From assembly GCA_038206105.1 (NCBI GenBank), contig JBBRBF010000016.1, positions 655 to 64,654 of the forward strand: a DNA stretch of 64,000 nt. Direction: 5' to 3'. Position 1 is the stretch's first letter. Each line of letters starts with the position of its first letter. This stretch comes from Actinomycetales bacterium (lineage in GTDB: Bacteria; Actinomycetota; Actinomycetes; Actinomycetales; JBBRBF01). Under the pieces are notes generated by a model. The model was not told the DNA's origin. It did no database searches and worked only from the letters and a program-made list of their open reading frames with translations. A program made the translations under genes and the position numbers. Shown in pieces: positions 55,429 to 64,000 of the stretch.

Positions 55429-57278
55429 CTGCCGGCCCCGGCGGCGGCCTCGACCTCGACCTCGGCGCCACGGGACCGCAGCCGCGCACCGGCGTCGGGG
55501 TCCACCCCGGCCGCGACGAGGAGCGCCTCCAGGCGGGCCCGCTCCGCGGCCACGAGCTGCTCCACCCGGTCGACGAGGTCGGCCCTCGCCCGGGCCGCCA
55601 GTGCGCGCACGGCCTGGTCGCCGAAGACCGCCTCCAGCAGCTTCTGGCCGACGACGGCGGTGCCGGCGCCCACCCCGACCTCCGCACCGGTCGGGATGAA
55701 CGCGGTCGACGCGAACACGACCACCATCAGGACGACGCCGAGGGCGTTCACGCCCAGGCTCAGCACCCGGGCCTGCGAGCGCCGTCCCTGCCCCTCGGTG
55801 CGCACGAGCTCGAGCACCGCGCGCTGCCAGTCGCGCACCATCCGCTCGAGGCGGTCGTCGAAGTCCGGCGCGAGCGCCAGGTCGTGCTCCGGCACGGACG
55901 CGAGCAGGTCCGCGCCGGCGGGCCGCTCCCGCCACGCGGCGACCGAGGCCTCGACGGCGTCCTCGGCCTGGGCGCGCACCAGGGCGGCGACCCCGGTCTG
56001 CAGCGCCTCCCCCAGTGGCTCGGCCGGCGGCCGGCGGCCCCGCACGAGGGCCACGGCGCGGTCGCGCAGCCGCCCGACCGCGCTCTCCAGGCCGCGGAAC
56101 AGGTCACCGGTCCCGACGAACTCCTGCCAGCGGGCGAGCACCTCGCCGCGCAGCAGCGACCCGTCGGTGAGGCCCCGCTCGAGCTGACGGTCGGCCGCGC
56201 GCCAGGCCTCGTCGAGGACGGCGCGCAGCGTGGCCTGCTCGCCCGCCTGCGCGTCGGCGGCCGCGGCGAGCGCAGGCACCCGCGCCCGCAGCGACGCCAC
56301 CGCCCCGGCCAGGGTCCGGCGCACCACCGCCTGTCGGGAGCGGGCGTCCGAGGCCAGCGACGTGAGCCAGCCGTGCAGCGGTGCGACGGTCTCGACGGGC
56401 AGCATGCCGTCGACGGGGTGGGTCTCGTCCACCGTGAACACCGGGGCCCCGGCCAGGCCGCCGTCCCGCAGCATCCGCGCCAGGTCGGACCGAACCTCGA
56501 CCAGGTGCTGCGGCGGCACGCGGTCGAGGACGACGGCGACGCTCGTGCCGCGCTCGACGGCGGTGCGCAGCAGGTCCCACGGGACCGCGTCGGCGTAGCG
56601 GGCGGCGGTCGTGACGAACAGCCAGAGGTCGGCGGCGCCGAGCAGCTGCGCGGCCAGCTCGCGGTTGGCCTCGACGACGGAGTCGATGTCGGGGGCGTCC
56701 AGCAGCGCCAGCCCCGCCGGCAGTCCAGCGGCGGACGCCAGGCGGACGGTGGTGATCCGCTGCCCCCCGGCCCCGCCGTCGCCGCCGCTCGCGCCGCCGG
56801 CGCGGTCGCCGGCCACGCCCGTGACGCGGGCCAGCGATGGCAGCACGCGGTCGCCGTCGAACCAGGCCGCGTCGTCGGGGTGGTGCACGAGGACGGGCGA
56901 GCGGGTGGTGGGCCGCAGCACCCCCGACCGGCTCACAGGTACGCGCAGCAGCGAGTTGACCAGCGTCGACTTGCCGGCGCCGGTGGAGCCGCCGACGACG
57001 GCGAGCAGCGGCGCGTCGAGGCGCCGCAGCCGCGGCAGCAGGTAGTCGTCGAGCTGGTGGACCAGCGCCTCCCGCTGCTCCCGGCCGGTCCGGACGTCGG
57101 GGAGCGCGAGTGGCAGCGACAGCGTGGCCGCGTCGGAACGCAGCCCCTCCAGCGCGACCAGCAGGGCGTCGCCGTCGGTCCCGTCGGTGTCGGTCCCGCC
57201 GGTGTCGGACGCATCGGCGCCGCCGGTCGCGGCCCTGCCGGCGGGCGCGTCCGGTCGCGAGGGCGGGGCCGGGGTCAC
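55425..57278 (-). CDS. dynA: Dynamin-like GTPase (DynA type)
   Basis: GGSTGAGKSTLVNS, RPTT, LLDAPDIDS, TTAARYADAVPW, VLDR; hydrophobic hairpin near the C-terminus. Confidence 0.8.
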   Translation of the reverse strand: MTPAPPSRPDAPAGRAATGGADASDTGGTDTDGTDGDALLVALEGLRSDAATLSLPLALPDVRTGREQREALVHQLDDYLLPRLRRLDAPLLAVVGGSTGAGKSTLVNSLLRVPVSRSGVLRPTTRSPVLVHHPDDAAWFDGDRVLPSLARVTGVAGDRAGGASGGDGGAGGQRITTVRLASAAGLPAGLALLDAPDIDSVVEANRELAAQLLGAADLWLFVTTAARYADAVPWDLLRTAVERGTSVAVVLDRVPPQHLVEVRSDLARMLRDGGLAGAPVFTVDETHPVDGMLPVETVAPLHGWLTSLASDARSRQAVVRRTLAGAVASLRARVPALAAAADAQAGEQATLRAVLDEAWRAADRQLERGLTDGSLLRGEVLARWQEFVGTGDLFRGLESAVGRLRDRAVALVRGRRPPAEPLGEALQTGVAALVRAQAEDAVEASVAAWRERPAGADLLASVPEHDLALAPDFDDRLERMVRDWQRAVLELVRTEGQGRRSQARVLSLGVNALGVVLMVVVFASTAFIPTGAEVGVGAGTAVVGQKLLEAVFGDQAVRALAARARADLVDRVEQLVAAERARLEALLVAAGVDPDAGARLRSRGAEVEVEAAAGAGR

Positions 57279-57394
57279 GGGGGCAAGCCTGCCGGGGGTC
57301 CCGGGCCCCCACAACACCGCCCCGGCGACGCCGGGGCGCCGCGAGGGCGGGCTCGGCTACGGTGCCGGAGCCGGCCGCCCCTCGCGGCCCGACG

Positions 57395-57467
57395 GCCCCC
57401 GTAGCTCAACGGACAGAGCAGCGGCCTTCTAATCCGCAGGTTGCAGGTTCGAATCCTGCCGGGGGCG
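57395..57467 (+). tRNA. tRNA-Arg(TCT)
   Basis: GCCCCCG...CGGGGGC-G, anticodon loop CTTCTAA; TACGGT -10 upstream. Confidence 0.95.
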
Positions 57468-57482
57468 CCCCGCGACCGCCCG

Positions 57483-58679
57483 TCAGCGCGTGACGAGCTG
57501 CCGGGGCAGGAAGGCTGCCCGCAGGTGCCACATGGTCTGCACCAGCCGCACCTCGGTCTCGGCGGCGTCGTCCGGCGCCGTCCCGTGACCGATCCGGTGC
57601 CGCAGGAACGCGAGCTCGGTGCCCAGCTCCTGGAAGTCCCGCATCGCGCGACGTGCGCCCGGTCCCCCCGTGCGCTGCGCCCACCCGCGCGCCGCCCCGC
57701 GTTCGGTCAGCGAGCCGAGCATGAGGACCTCCGCCGGCGTCAGCCACCCCGAGTCGGCGTAGACACCGAGGTGCTCGCGCACGACGCGCCCCTCGCGCCG
57801 GCGGGCGGCGAGGGCGAGCCAGAGCGCCGCCAGGAACACCGGGACCTGGAGGAACAGGTACCCGGTGACGAAGCCGTTCATCCCCGAGACGGCGGCGAGG
57901 TTCCACGCGGCGTGCAGCCCCACGGCCACCAGCCAGCCCACCACCGGCGCGAGCCGCCACGCACCGCCGCGCCGCGTGAGCGCCAGGCCCACGCCGACGC
58001 CGATCGCCATCGTGAACAGCGGGTGCGCGAACGGGGAGACCATGGCGCGGAGCACGAAGACGACCGCCGTGCCGCCGGCCCCGGTCTCCATGAAGGCACG
58101 GCCCAGGTAGAGCACGTTCTCGACGAACGCGAACCCGAGGCCGGCCAGGCCCGCGTACACGATCCCGTCGACGACGCCGTCGAACTCGCGGCGGCGCAGC
58201 AGGAGCACCCCGAGCAGCGCCAGGCCCTTGGCGCTCTCCTCCACCACGGGCGCGACGACGACCGCAGCGACGTCGGGGCTGCCGCCACCGGCCTCGAGTG
58301 CCACCACCGAGGCGGTGTTGAGCACGAGGGCGGCGAGGGTCGCGACCAGGGCGCCCCAGCCGAAAGCGAACAGCAGCAGGGACGGCGGCTCGGCCTCGTA
58401 GCGGTCGAGCCACAGGAACACCGCGAGCACCGGCAGCACCGGTAGCGCCGCGAGCGCACCTCCGACCGCGAGCCCCGCCAGACCGGTGGACCCGGCCACG
58501 GCGAGGACGACGAGCACCCCGCAGACGGCGAACACGGCGACCACGGCGGTGACGACGAGGAACCGGCGCAGACCCCGCCCCCGGGCACGCGCCGGGCGCT
58601 CCGGCGCCGGTGGCACGTAGCGGTGCGCGGTCGCGGCGGTCGCTCCGCCCACACGGCCGGCGGGGCTCGTCGGGTCCAT
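57483..58679 (-). CDS. PrsW-family intramembrane metalloprotease
   Basis: WLDRYEAEP, VVEESAKG, GFAFVEN, HPLF, LHAAWN. Confidence 0.93.
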   Translation of the reverse strand: MDPTSPAGRVGGATAATAHRYVPPAPERPARARGRGLRRFLVVTAVVAVFAVCGVLVVLAVAGSTGLAGLAVGGALAALPVLPVLAVFLWLDRYEAEPPSLLLFAFGWGALVATLAALVLNTASVVALEAGGGSPDVAAVVVAPVVEESAKGLALLGVLLLRRREFDGVVDGIVYAGLAGLGFAFVENVLYLGRAFMETGAGGTAVVFVLRAMVSPFAHPLFTMAIGVGVGLALTRRGGAWRLAPVVGWLVAVGLHAAWNLAAVSGMNGFVTGYLFLQVPVFLAALWLALAARRREGRVVREHLGVYADSGWLTPAEVLMLGSLTERGAARGWAQRTGGPGARRAMRDFQELGTELAFLRHRIGHGTAPDDAAETEVRLVQTMWHLRAAFLPRQLVTR

Positions 58680-58793
58680 GCCAGGAGGGTAACGACGCGC
58701 CCGCCACCTCCCGGGACGGCGCGCACCCGCCCGACCCGGCGAGTGGTCGCGGGCGGCCGTGATCGCGGGTGCACGCACGGTAGGTTCGCCGTC

Positions 58794-59408
58794 ATGGCGA
58801 GCCCCTCCTCCGACCGGATCGTGTGGATCGACTGCGAGATGACCGGGCTCGACCTGACCCGTGACGCGCTCGTCGAGGTCGCCGTCCTCGTCACCGACTC
58901 CGATCTGACCGTGCTCGGCGAGGGCGTCGACGTCGTGATCAAGCCGCCGGACGCGGCCGTGGAGCAGATGCGGGACGTCGTCCGCGAGATGCACACCGCC
59001 TCCGGGCTGCTCACCGAGCTCGCCGGCGGCACCACGCTGGCCGACGCCCAGGAGCAGGTGATGGCGTACGTGCGCGAGTGGGTGCCCGATCTTGGCAAGG
59101 CGCCGCTGGCCGGCAACTCCGTCGGCACGGACCGCGGGTTCCTGGCCCGGGACATGCCCGAGCTCGAGGCGTGGCTGCACTACCGGATCGTCGACGTCTC
59201 CAGCGTCAAGGAGCTGGCCCGGCGCTGGTTCCCCCGCGCGTACTTCGCCGCGCCGGCCAAGGACGGCGGCCACCGCGCCCTCGCCGACATCCGGGACTCG
59301 ATCATCGAGCTGCGCTACTACCGCGAGGCGGTGTTCGTGCCGGCGCCGGGGCCGGACTCCCCCAGCGCGCAGGCCGTCGCGGCCCGCGTCGGCGCCGCCG
59401 CCGGCTGA
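58794..59408 (+). CDS. orn: Oligoribonuclease
   Basis: WIDCEMTGL, LAGNSVGTDR, HYRIVDVSSVKEL, HRALADI..SI.EL. Confidence 0.97.
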   Translation: MASPSSDRIVWIDCEMTGLDLTRDALVEVAVLVTDSDLTVLGEGVDVVIKPPDAAVEQMRDVVREMHTASGLLTELAGGTTLADAQEQVMAYVREWVPDLGKAPLAGNSVGTDRGFLARDMPELEAWLHYRIVDVSSVKELARRWFPRAYFAAPAKDGGHRALADIRDSIIELRYYREAVFVPAPGPDSPSAQAVAARVGAAAG

Positions 59409-59428
59409 CCCGGTACACTCCACTCTGC

Positions 59429-59451
59429 GGCCCGTCGCTCTGCGACGGGCC
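59429..59451 (+). terminator. GC-rich hairpin between orn and tRNA-His
   Basis: GGCCCGTCGC-TCT-GCGACGGGCC, perfect 10-bp stem with no U-tract. Confidence 0.5.
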
Positions 59452-59453
59452 AT

Positions 59454-59527
59454 GGTGGGTGTAGCTCAGCCGGTAGAGCGCCGCGTTGTGGTCGCGGATG
59501 TCGCGGGTTCAAGTCCCGTCACTCACC
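59454..59527 (+). tRNA. tRNA-His(GTG)
   Basis: G-1 then GTGGGTG...CACTCAC-C, anticodon arm CCGCG-TTGTGGT-CGCGG. Confidence 0.96.
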
Positions 59528-59675
59528 CCCGGACAGCACAGCCGCAGGACGTCGACGTCCCGCGTGACCGCGCCAGGACCGTTCTCGGTCCGACTCCCCG
59601 GCGGGGCGACGACGCCTCACCCAGCCTGCGACGCCCCCTCACCCGGGTCGGTCGGTGGGCGTCACGCCCCTTGCC

Positions 59676-59700
59676 GGCGTCCAGAGGACCTCTGGACGCC
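59676..59700. other. Perfect 11-bp-stem hairpin in the SulP leader
   Basis: GGCGTCCAGAG-GAC-CTCTGGACGCC. Confidence 0.7.
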
Positions 59701-59726
59701 GTCCCGCCGCGGCCGAGAGGTCCCCC

Positions 59727-61232
59727 GTGCCCACTGCCTCCGCACCGCCCGCCACCACCAGACCCCCGCGCCTGCGCCGACCCGCGTGGGCCGCGCCGCG
59801 CGTGATGCGCACCGAGGCCCTCGCCGGCCTCGTCGTGGCCTTCGCGCTGATCCCCGAGGCGATCTCGTTCTCGGTGCTCGCCGGCGTCGACCCCCGGGTC
59901 GGGCTGTTCGCGTCGTTCACGATGGCCGTGACGATCGCGTTCACCGGCGGGCGTCCGGCGATGATCAGCGCCGCGACCGGCGCCATCGCGCTCGTCGTGG
60001 CGCCGCTGGCCCGTGAGTACGGCGTCGAGTACCTCGTCGCCGCCGTGATCGTCGGTGGGGTCGTGCAGGCCATGCTCGCCGCGCTCGGTGTGGCGCGGCT
60101 GATGCGCTTCGTGCCCCGCAGCGTCATGGTGGGCTTCGTCAACGCGCTCGCGATCCTGATCTTGCTCGCGCAGGTCCCCCACCTGCTCGGCGTGCCGTGG
60201 CTGGTCTACCCCCTGGTGCTCGGCGCGCTGGCCGTCATCGTCGGGCTCCCCCGGCTGACCACCGCCGTACCGGGCCCGCTCGTCGCGATCGTCGCGGTCA
60301 GCGTCGTCGTCCTCGCCGGCGGCTTCTCGGTGCCGACCGTCGGCGACCAGGGCGAGCTGCCCGACAGCCTGCCGGTGCTCGGCATCCCGCAGGTCCCGTT
60401 CACGCTCGACACCCTCTCGATCATCGCGCCGTACGCGGTCGCGCTGGCCCTCGTGGGTCTGATGGAGTCGCTGATGACCGCCAAACTCGTCGACGACATC
60501 ACCGACACCGGCTCGAACAAGACCCGCGAGTCGTGGGGCCAGGGCGTCGCGAACATCGTCACGGGCTTCTTCGGAGGAATGGGCGGCTGCGCGATGATCG
60601 GCCAGACCATGATCAACGTGCGCTCCGGCGCGCGCACGCGGCTGTCGACGTTCCTGGCGGGCGTGCTGCTGCTCCTGCTGGTGGTCGTGCTCGGGGACGT
60701 CGTCGAGGTGATCCCGATGGCCGCCCTCGTCGCTGTGATGATCATCGTGTCGACGTCCACGATGGACTGGCACAGCATCACCCCCGCCACGTTGCGGCGG
60801 ATGCCCAAGGGCGAGACCACGGTGATGCTCACGACGGTCGCGGTCACCGTCGTCAGCCACAACCTCGCCTACGGGGTGGTCGCCGGCGTCATCACCGCGA
60901 TGGTGCTGTTCGCGCGCCGCGTCGCCCACCTCGTCACGGTGACCGCCGTGGTCGATCCGGACGGCGACACGGCCATCTACTCGGTCCACGGCCAGGTCTT
61001 CTTCGCCTCCAGCAACGACCTCGTGCACCAGTTCGACTACGCCGGCGACCCCGACCACGTCGTGATCGACCTCAGCGACGCCACCGTGTGGGACGCCTCG
61101 TCGGTCGCCGCGCTGGACGCCGTGACCACGAGGTACGGACGCCGCGGCAAGACCGTCGAGATCGTCGGGCTCGACGAGACCAGCGCACGGATCCACGACC
61201 GGCTCGCCGGGCAGCTCGCCGGCAGCCACTGA
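59727..61232 (+). CDS. SulP/SLC26-family anion transporter with STAS domain
   Basis: LAGLVVAFALIPEAISF, GGRPAMISAATGA, ESLMTA, GGMGGCAMIGQT, GQVFFASS; start uncertain. Confidence 0.94.
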   Translation: MPTASAPPATTRPPRLRRPAWAAPRVMRTEALAGLVVAFALIPEAISFSVLAGVDPRVGLFASFTMAVTIAFTGGRPAMISAATGAIALVVAPLAREYGVEYLVAAVIVGGVVQAMLAALGVARLMRFVPRSVMVGFVNALAILILLAQVPHLLGVPWLVYPLVLGALAVIVGLPRLTTAVPGPLVAIVAVSVVVLAGGFSVPTVGDQGELPDSLPVLGIPQVPFTLDTLSIIAPYAVALALVGLMESLMTAKLVDDITDTGSNKTRESWGQGVANIVTGFFGGMGGCAMIGQTMINVRSGARTRLSTFLAGVLLLLLVVVLGDVVEVIPMAALVAVMIIVSTSTMDWHSITPATLRRMPKGETTVMLTTVAVTVVSHNLAYGVVAGVITAMVLFARRVAHLVTVTAVVDPDGDTAIYSVHGQVFFASSNDLVHQFDYAGDPDHVVIDLSDATVWDASSVAALDAVTTRYGRRGKTVEIVGLDETSARIHDRLAGQLAGSH

Positions 61233-61280
61233 CTGCCGACCCCTGCCGGCTCGGGCGTGCCGGATTCACCCGTCCGGCCG

Positions 61281-61306
61281 TCAAGGCCGGCACCGGACCT
61301 GCCGAT
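61281..61306 (+). promoter_or_regulatory. sigma28/WhiG(FliA)-like promoter upstream of the 68-aa ORF
   Basis: TCAAG-N15-GCCGAT. Confidence 0.6.
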
Positions 61307-61353
61307 GCCACCGGAGCAGGCCGCTCCGAGCCACGTCCGAGAAGGCAGGGACC

Positions 61354-61560
61354 ATGCAGCACCCACAGGACCACAGCCCGCACGACGCGCCGCAGCCCGC
61401 CGAGTCCGCGGACCCCGCGGACGCAGCCGTGATGCACATGCTGCAGGACGGCGTCCCGCTGTCCCTGCTCGTGGACCTCGGCACCCCCAGGGGACCGGAC
61501 TCCGCGGCCATCCTCGACGCCGAGGGTCCCCCCGAGTCCGAGTGGTGGCACCAGTCCTGA
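61354..61560 (+). CDS. Small acidic hypothetical protein (68 aa)
   Basis: ATG with GAAGG upstream, GC3 bias, fills the SulP-tRNA gap; VMHMLQDGVPLSLLVDL...GPDSAAIL..EG core. Confidence 0.7.
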   Translation: MQHPQDHSPHDAPQPAESADPADAAVMHMLQDGVPLSLLVDLGTPRGPDSAAILDAEGPPESEWWHQS

Positions 61561-61612
61561 CGGGCGATTTCGCCCGGCCCGCAGGCCGTTGCTATCGTGG
61601 CGCGCGCCGCAG

Positions 61613-61685
<73 letters not shown>

Positions 61686-61689
61686 CTCT

Positions 61690-62251
61690 TCACGCCGGAT
61701 CGATCGTGGTCCGTCCGGCGACCGACGGACGGGCAGGCTCGTCGTAGCGACGCGTCGGGTCGCGGCGGCTGTCGTCGTCTCGTCGGGGTGATCGTCGCAG
61801 GGCCTTGGTCAGGAACCACCTCCTCGAGCTCGAAACCCCGCTGCTCGTAGAAGGATCGGGCGCCCGCGTCGGCCGCGCCCGTCTCGAGCCGGATCCGTGC
61901 ATGACCAAGGCTGCGCGCCCACGACTCGAAGCGCGCGAGGAGCAGGGCTCCGACTCCCCGCCGTTCGTGGCTGCCGTCGACGACCAGCTCCCCGACGTAG
62001 GCGTCCATGTCACCGGTCCAGTGCGCACTGGCGCCTCCGGCGATGAACCCGACGACCTCACCCTCGATCACCGCCACCCACACCGGATGCTCGGCGTCGT
62101 GTCGTTCTACGGCGTCGCGAACCCACTCATCGACAGCCGGGAGGACCGCGTCGTGCGGTCGCCACGGCGCGACCCCGACGCAGAGCCGAGGCGCCAGGCC
62201 GAGCAGACGGTCCCCATCGCCAGGCTCGAGGGGCCTGATCACCGCGTCCAT
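61690..62251 (-). pseudogene. GNAT acetyltransferase with a C-terminal frameshift near 61813
   Basis: VGELVVD..HERRGVGALLL, LETGAA..GARSFYEQRGF; the expected LTKAL ending is in a different frame. Confidence 0.7.
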
Positions 62252-62333
62252 CGCCTGAGGGTGTCATCACGACCGGGGCTTGATAGATGGCTCGATCCGG
62301 GCCCGGGCCGGCCGATGCCGGCCGACGACAGGC

Positions 62334-62918
62334 TCACGCGAGCACTCCCCCGCCCGACCGCTCGGCGATGTCGCGCAGTCGCGCGACGTGGGCTCGCCGC
62401 CAGGCGTCGTCGACGTCCGACAGGTTCGGTACCTCCCGGAGCATGCCGCGCTGCCCGTCGAGGGACTCGCGCAGCACGTCCATGTGCCCGGCGTGCCGCG
62501 CCGTCTCCGCGACCATGTGCACGAGCAGCCGGTGCAGCGTCGTGTCCGGCGGGCTCCACCAGGGCACGTGCGCGGCGGCGTCTGGGGGCAGCTCCGCGAT
62601 GGCCGCGTCCGCCCTGGCACGCGCGTCGCGGTAGAGCGCCACGATGCGCTCCGGCGTCTCCTCAGCCGTGGCCCACATGTCGGCGTCGGGCTCGGCGGAC
62701 TTGTCCCACCACGGCATCGGCTCCGGCGGTGGACGTCGCAGGCAGGTCCCGAAGTACTCGGCCTCGAGGCCGGCGAGGTGCTTCACCAGCCCCAGCAGGT
62801 TCGTGCCCGAGGCCGTCAGGGGCATTCGCAGGTCCCGCTCCGCGACACCCTCGACCTTCCACACCACGCTGTCGCGCAGCGCGTCCAGGTAGCGGCACAG
62901 GGTCTCCTTCAGGTCCAC
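62334..62918 (-). CDS. DinB/DUF664-family protein (mycothiol-transferase-like superfamily)
   Basis: SGTNLLGLVKHLA.LE..YF, HMVAETARHAGHMDVLRE..DG. Confidence 0.9.
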   Translation of the reverse strand: MDLKETLCRYLDALRDSVVWKVEGVAERDLRMPLTASGTNLLGLVKHLAGLEAEYFGTCLRRPPPEPMPWWDKSAEPDADMWATAEETPERIVALYRDARARADAAIAELPPDAAAHVPWWSPPDTTLHRLLVHMVAETARHAGHMDVLRESLDGQRGMLREVPNLSDVDDAWRRAHVARLRDIAERSGGGVLA

Positions 62919-62940
62919 GCACCGACCCTGCCACGTCGCC

Positions 62941-63804
62941 TCAGCCGGTCAGCACCGCGTCGAGGTCGACCCGGGACCGGCCGGCGGTGCCGGCGTTCAC
63001 GAGCGTGACGGTGTGGGTACCGGCAGGCATCCAGCGGTCGAAGACCACGACGCGGTTCTCGTTGGCGGCCGCGTACGTGTCGACCGTGCGCACCCGGCGG
63101 CCGTTCACGAGGACGTCGACCGCCCCCCGCGCGGGGCCTTTCGCCATCACGAGGGCGAGGTGCTCGCCGCGGCGGAGCTCCTTGGTGACGCTGACGCTCG
63201 CGCCGCGCTGCATCGAGTACTGCTGCTCCCCGCCGGATGCGCAGCGGCACGACGACGTCGACCAGCTACCCGTGGCGCGCAGCGTCGGCAGCGTGGCGAA
63301 CATCTGGCCCTCGGAGCCGCTCCGGCCGCTCTCCTGGGTCACGAGCACGCGACGGCCTGCGGTCGCCGACACGGGCTCGCCGCCGTCGCACGGCGTGGCG
63401 GTCACCCGCCACCCGGTCGCCTGCACGCTCCCGCCGCCGAAGGCCCCCTCGTAGTCGCTGAACGCGGTGTCGCCGTAGCGCGTCACGCGACGCTTCGCGA
63501 CCAGGCGATCCGGCTCGTCGCCGGCGTACAGTCGGTCGAGGTCGTAGGCGCACATGTCGCCCGGGCCGGCGGACCATCGCACGGTCATCGGGATGCCGTG
63601 CGTGAAGTCGTTCTCCGGAACGTCGTCGGTCAGGTCCGAGGTACCGATCTGCCCGCCGACGGTGAAGGGGGTGGACACCCGCACGGACAGGTCCGCCGCT
63701 GCTGCGGCGGCGCCCGGGGCGCAGACCGCGGCGGCCACGGCGGCGACCGCCACCGCGGCGGCGACGCGGGCTCGCACTCGGACTCGGGGACGGGGACGGC
63801 TCAC
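62941..63804 (-). CDS. Secreted protein with a C-terminal beta-sandwich (carbohydrate-binding-like) module
   Basis: Arg-rich and Ala-rich signal peptide; W...S...SGG...S..RGAS, KGP.RG.VDV.V.G...TVDTYA, DLDA pattern; GAGAGG RBS. Confidence 0.8.
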   Translation of the reverse strand: MSRPRPRVRVRARVAAAVAVAAVAAAVCAPGAAAAAADLSVRVSTPFTVGGQIGTSDLTDDVPENDFTHGIPMTVRWSAGPGDMCAYDLDRLYAGDEPDRLVAKRRVTRYGDTAFSDYEGAFGGGSVQATGWRVTATPCDGGEPVSATAGRRVLVTQESGRSGSEGQMFATLPTLRATGSWSTSSCRCASGGEQQYSMQRGASVSVTKELRRGEHLALVMAKGPARGAVDVLVNGRRVRTVDTYAAANENRVVVFDRWMPAGTHTVTLVNAGTAGRSRVDLDAVLTG

Positions 63805-64000
63805 ACCGGTGCCTCTCGCTGGACGACCCTGCCGCCGTCCGGGGCGCGCCGAGCGCCCGCGCGGCGGGAGTCCCACCATCGTCCAGGGCCACCCAGGGTG
63901 ACACCAGAGGCCGAACGAGTGACGTCCGGCGGCGCAGCGGGCCCCGGCGGTGACGTCCGGGCGACGACGACGCCCCGAGCGGCGTCAGGCCGCGGGCGGG

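Overview
Very high-GC actinobacterial chromosomal window. It is an expanded version of the conserved block that in Mycobacterium runs Rv2460c-Rv2478c and on to orn: clpP2-clpP1, tig, tRNA-Pro/tRNA-Gly, nei, rpiB, Rv2466c-like, pepN, glbO, aglA, thioesterase, ettA, ssb, orn, tRNA-His, tRNA-Lys. About 55 intact CDS, 5 tRNAs and 4 disrupted genes were found (sensor kinase, GH16-like, Zn-dehydrogenase, GNAT). Accessory modules are an ABC exporter plus two-component system between tig and clpP, a polyol ABC/mannitol dehydrogenase cluster, an acyl-CoA catabolic cluster with a phosphotransferase/ACAD pair (lva/ACAD10-11-like) and a dynamin pair plus ssbB. No CRISPR array, integrase or transposase was seen. 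The least explained signals are (1) a REP-like 22-23 bp palindrome family that always abuts G-quadruplex-capable G-tracts and brackets an LLM oxidoreductase gene as inverted ends, and (2) two matching sigma28/WhiG-like promoters in front of a GGDEF-EAL gene and a 68-aa unknown protein. All family assignments come from motif recognition by eye, with no database searches. Many starts were moved from the ORF track to a downstream ATG/GTG supported by an RBS, a stop/start overlap or a -10 element.
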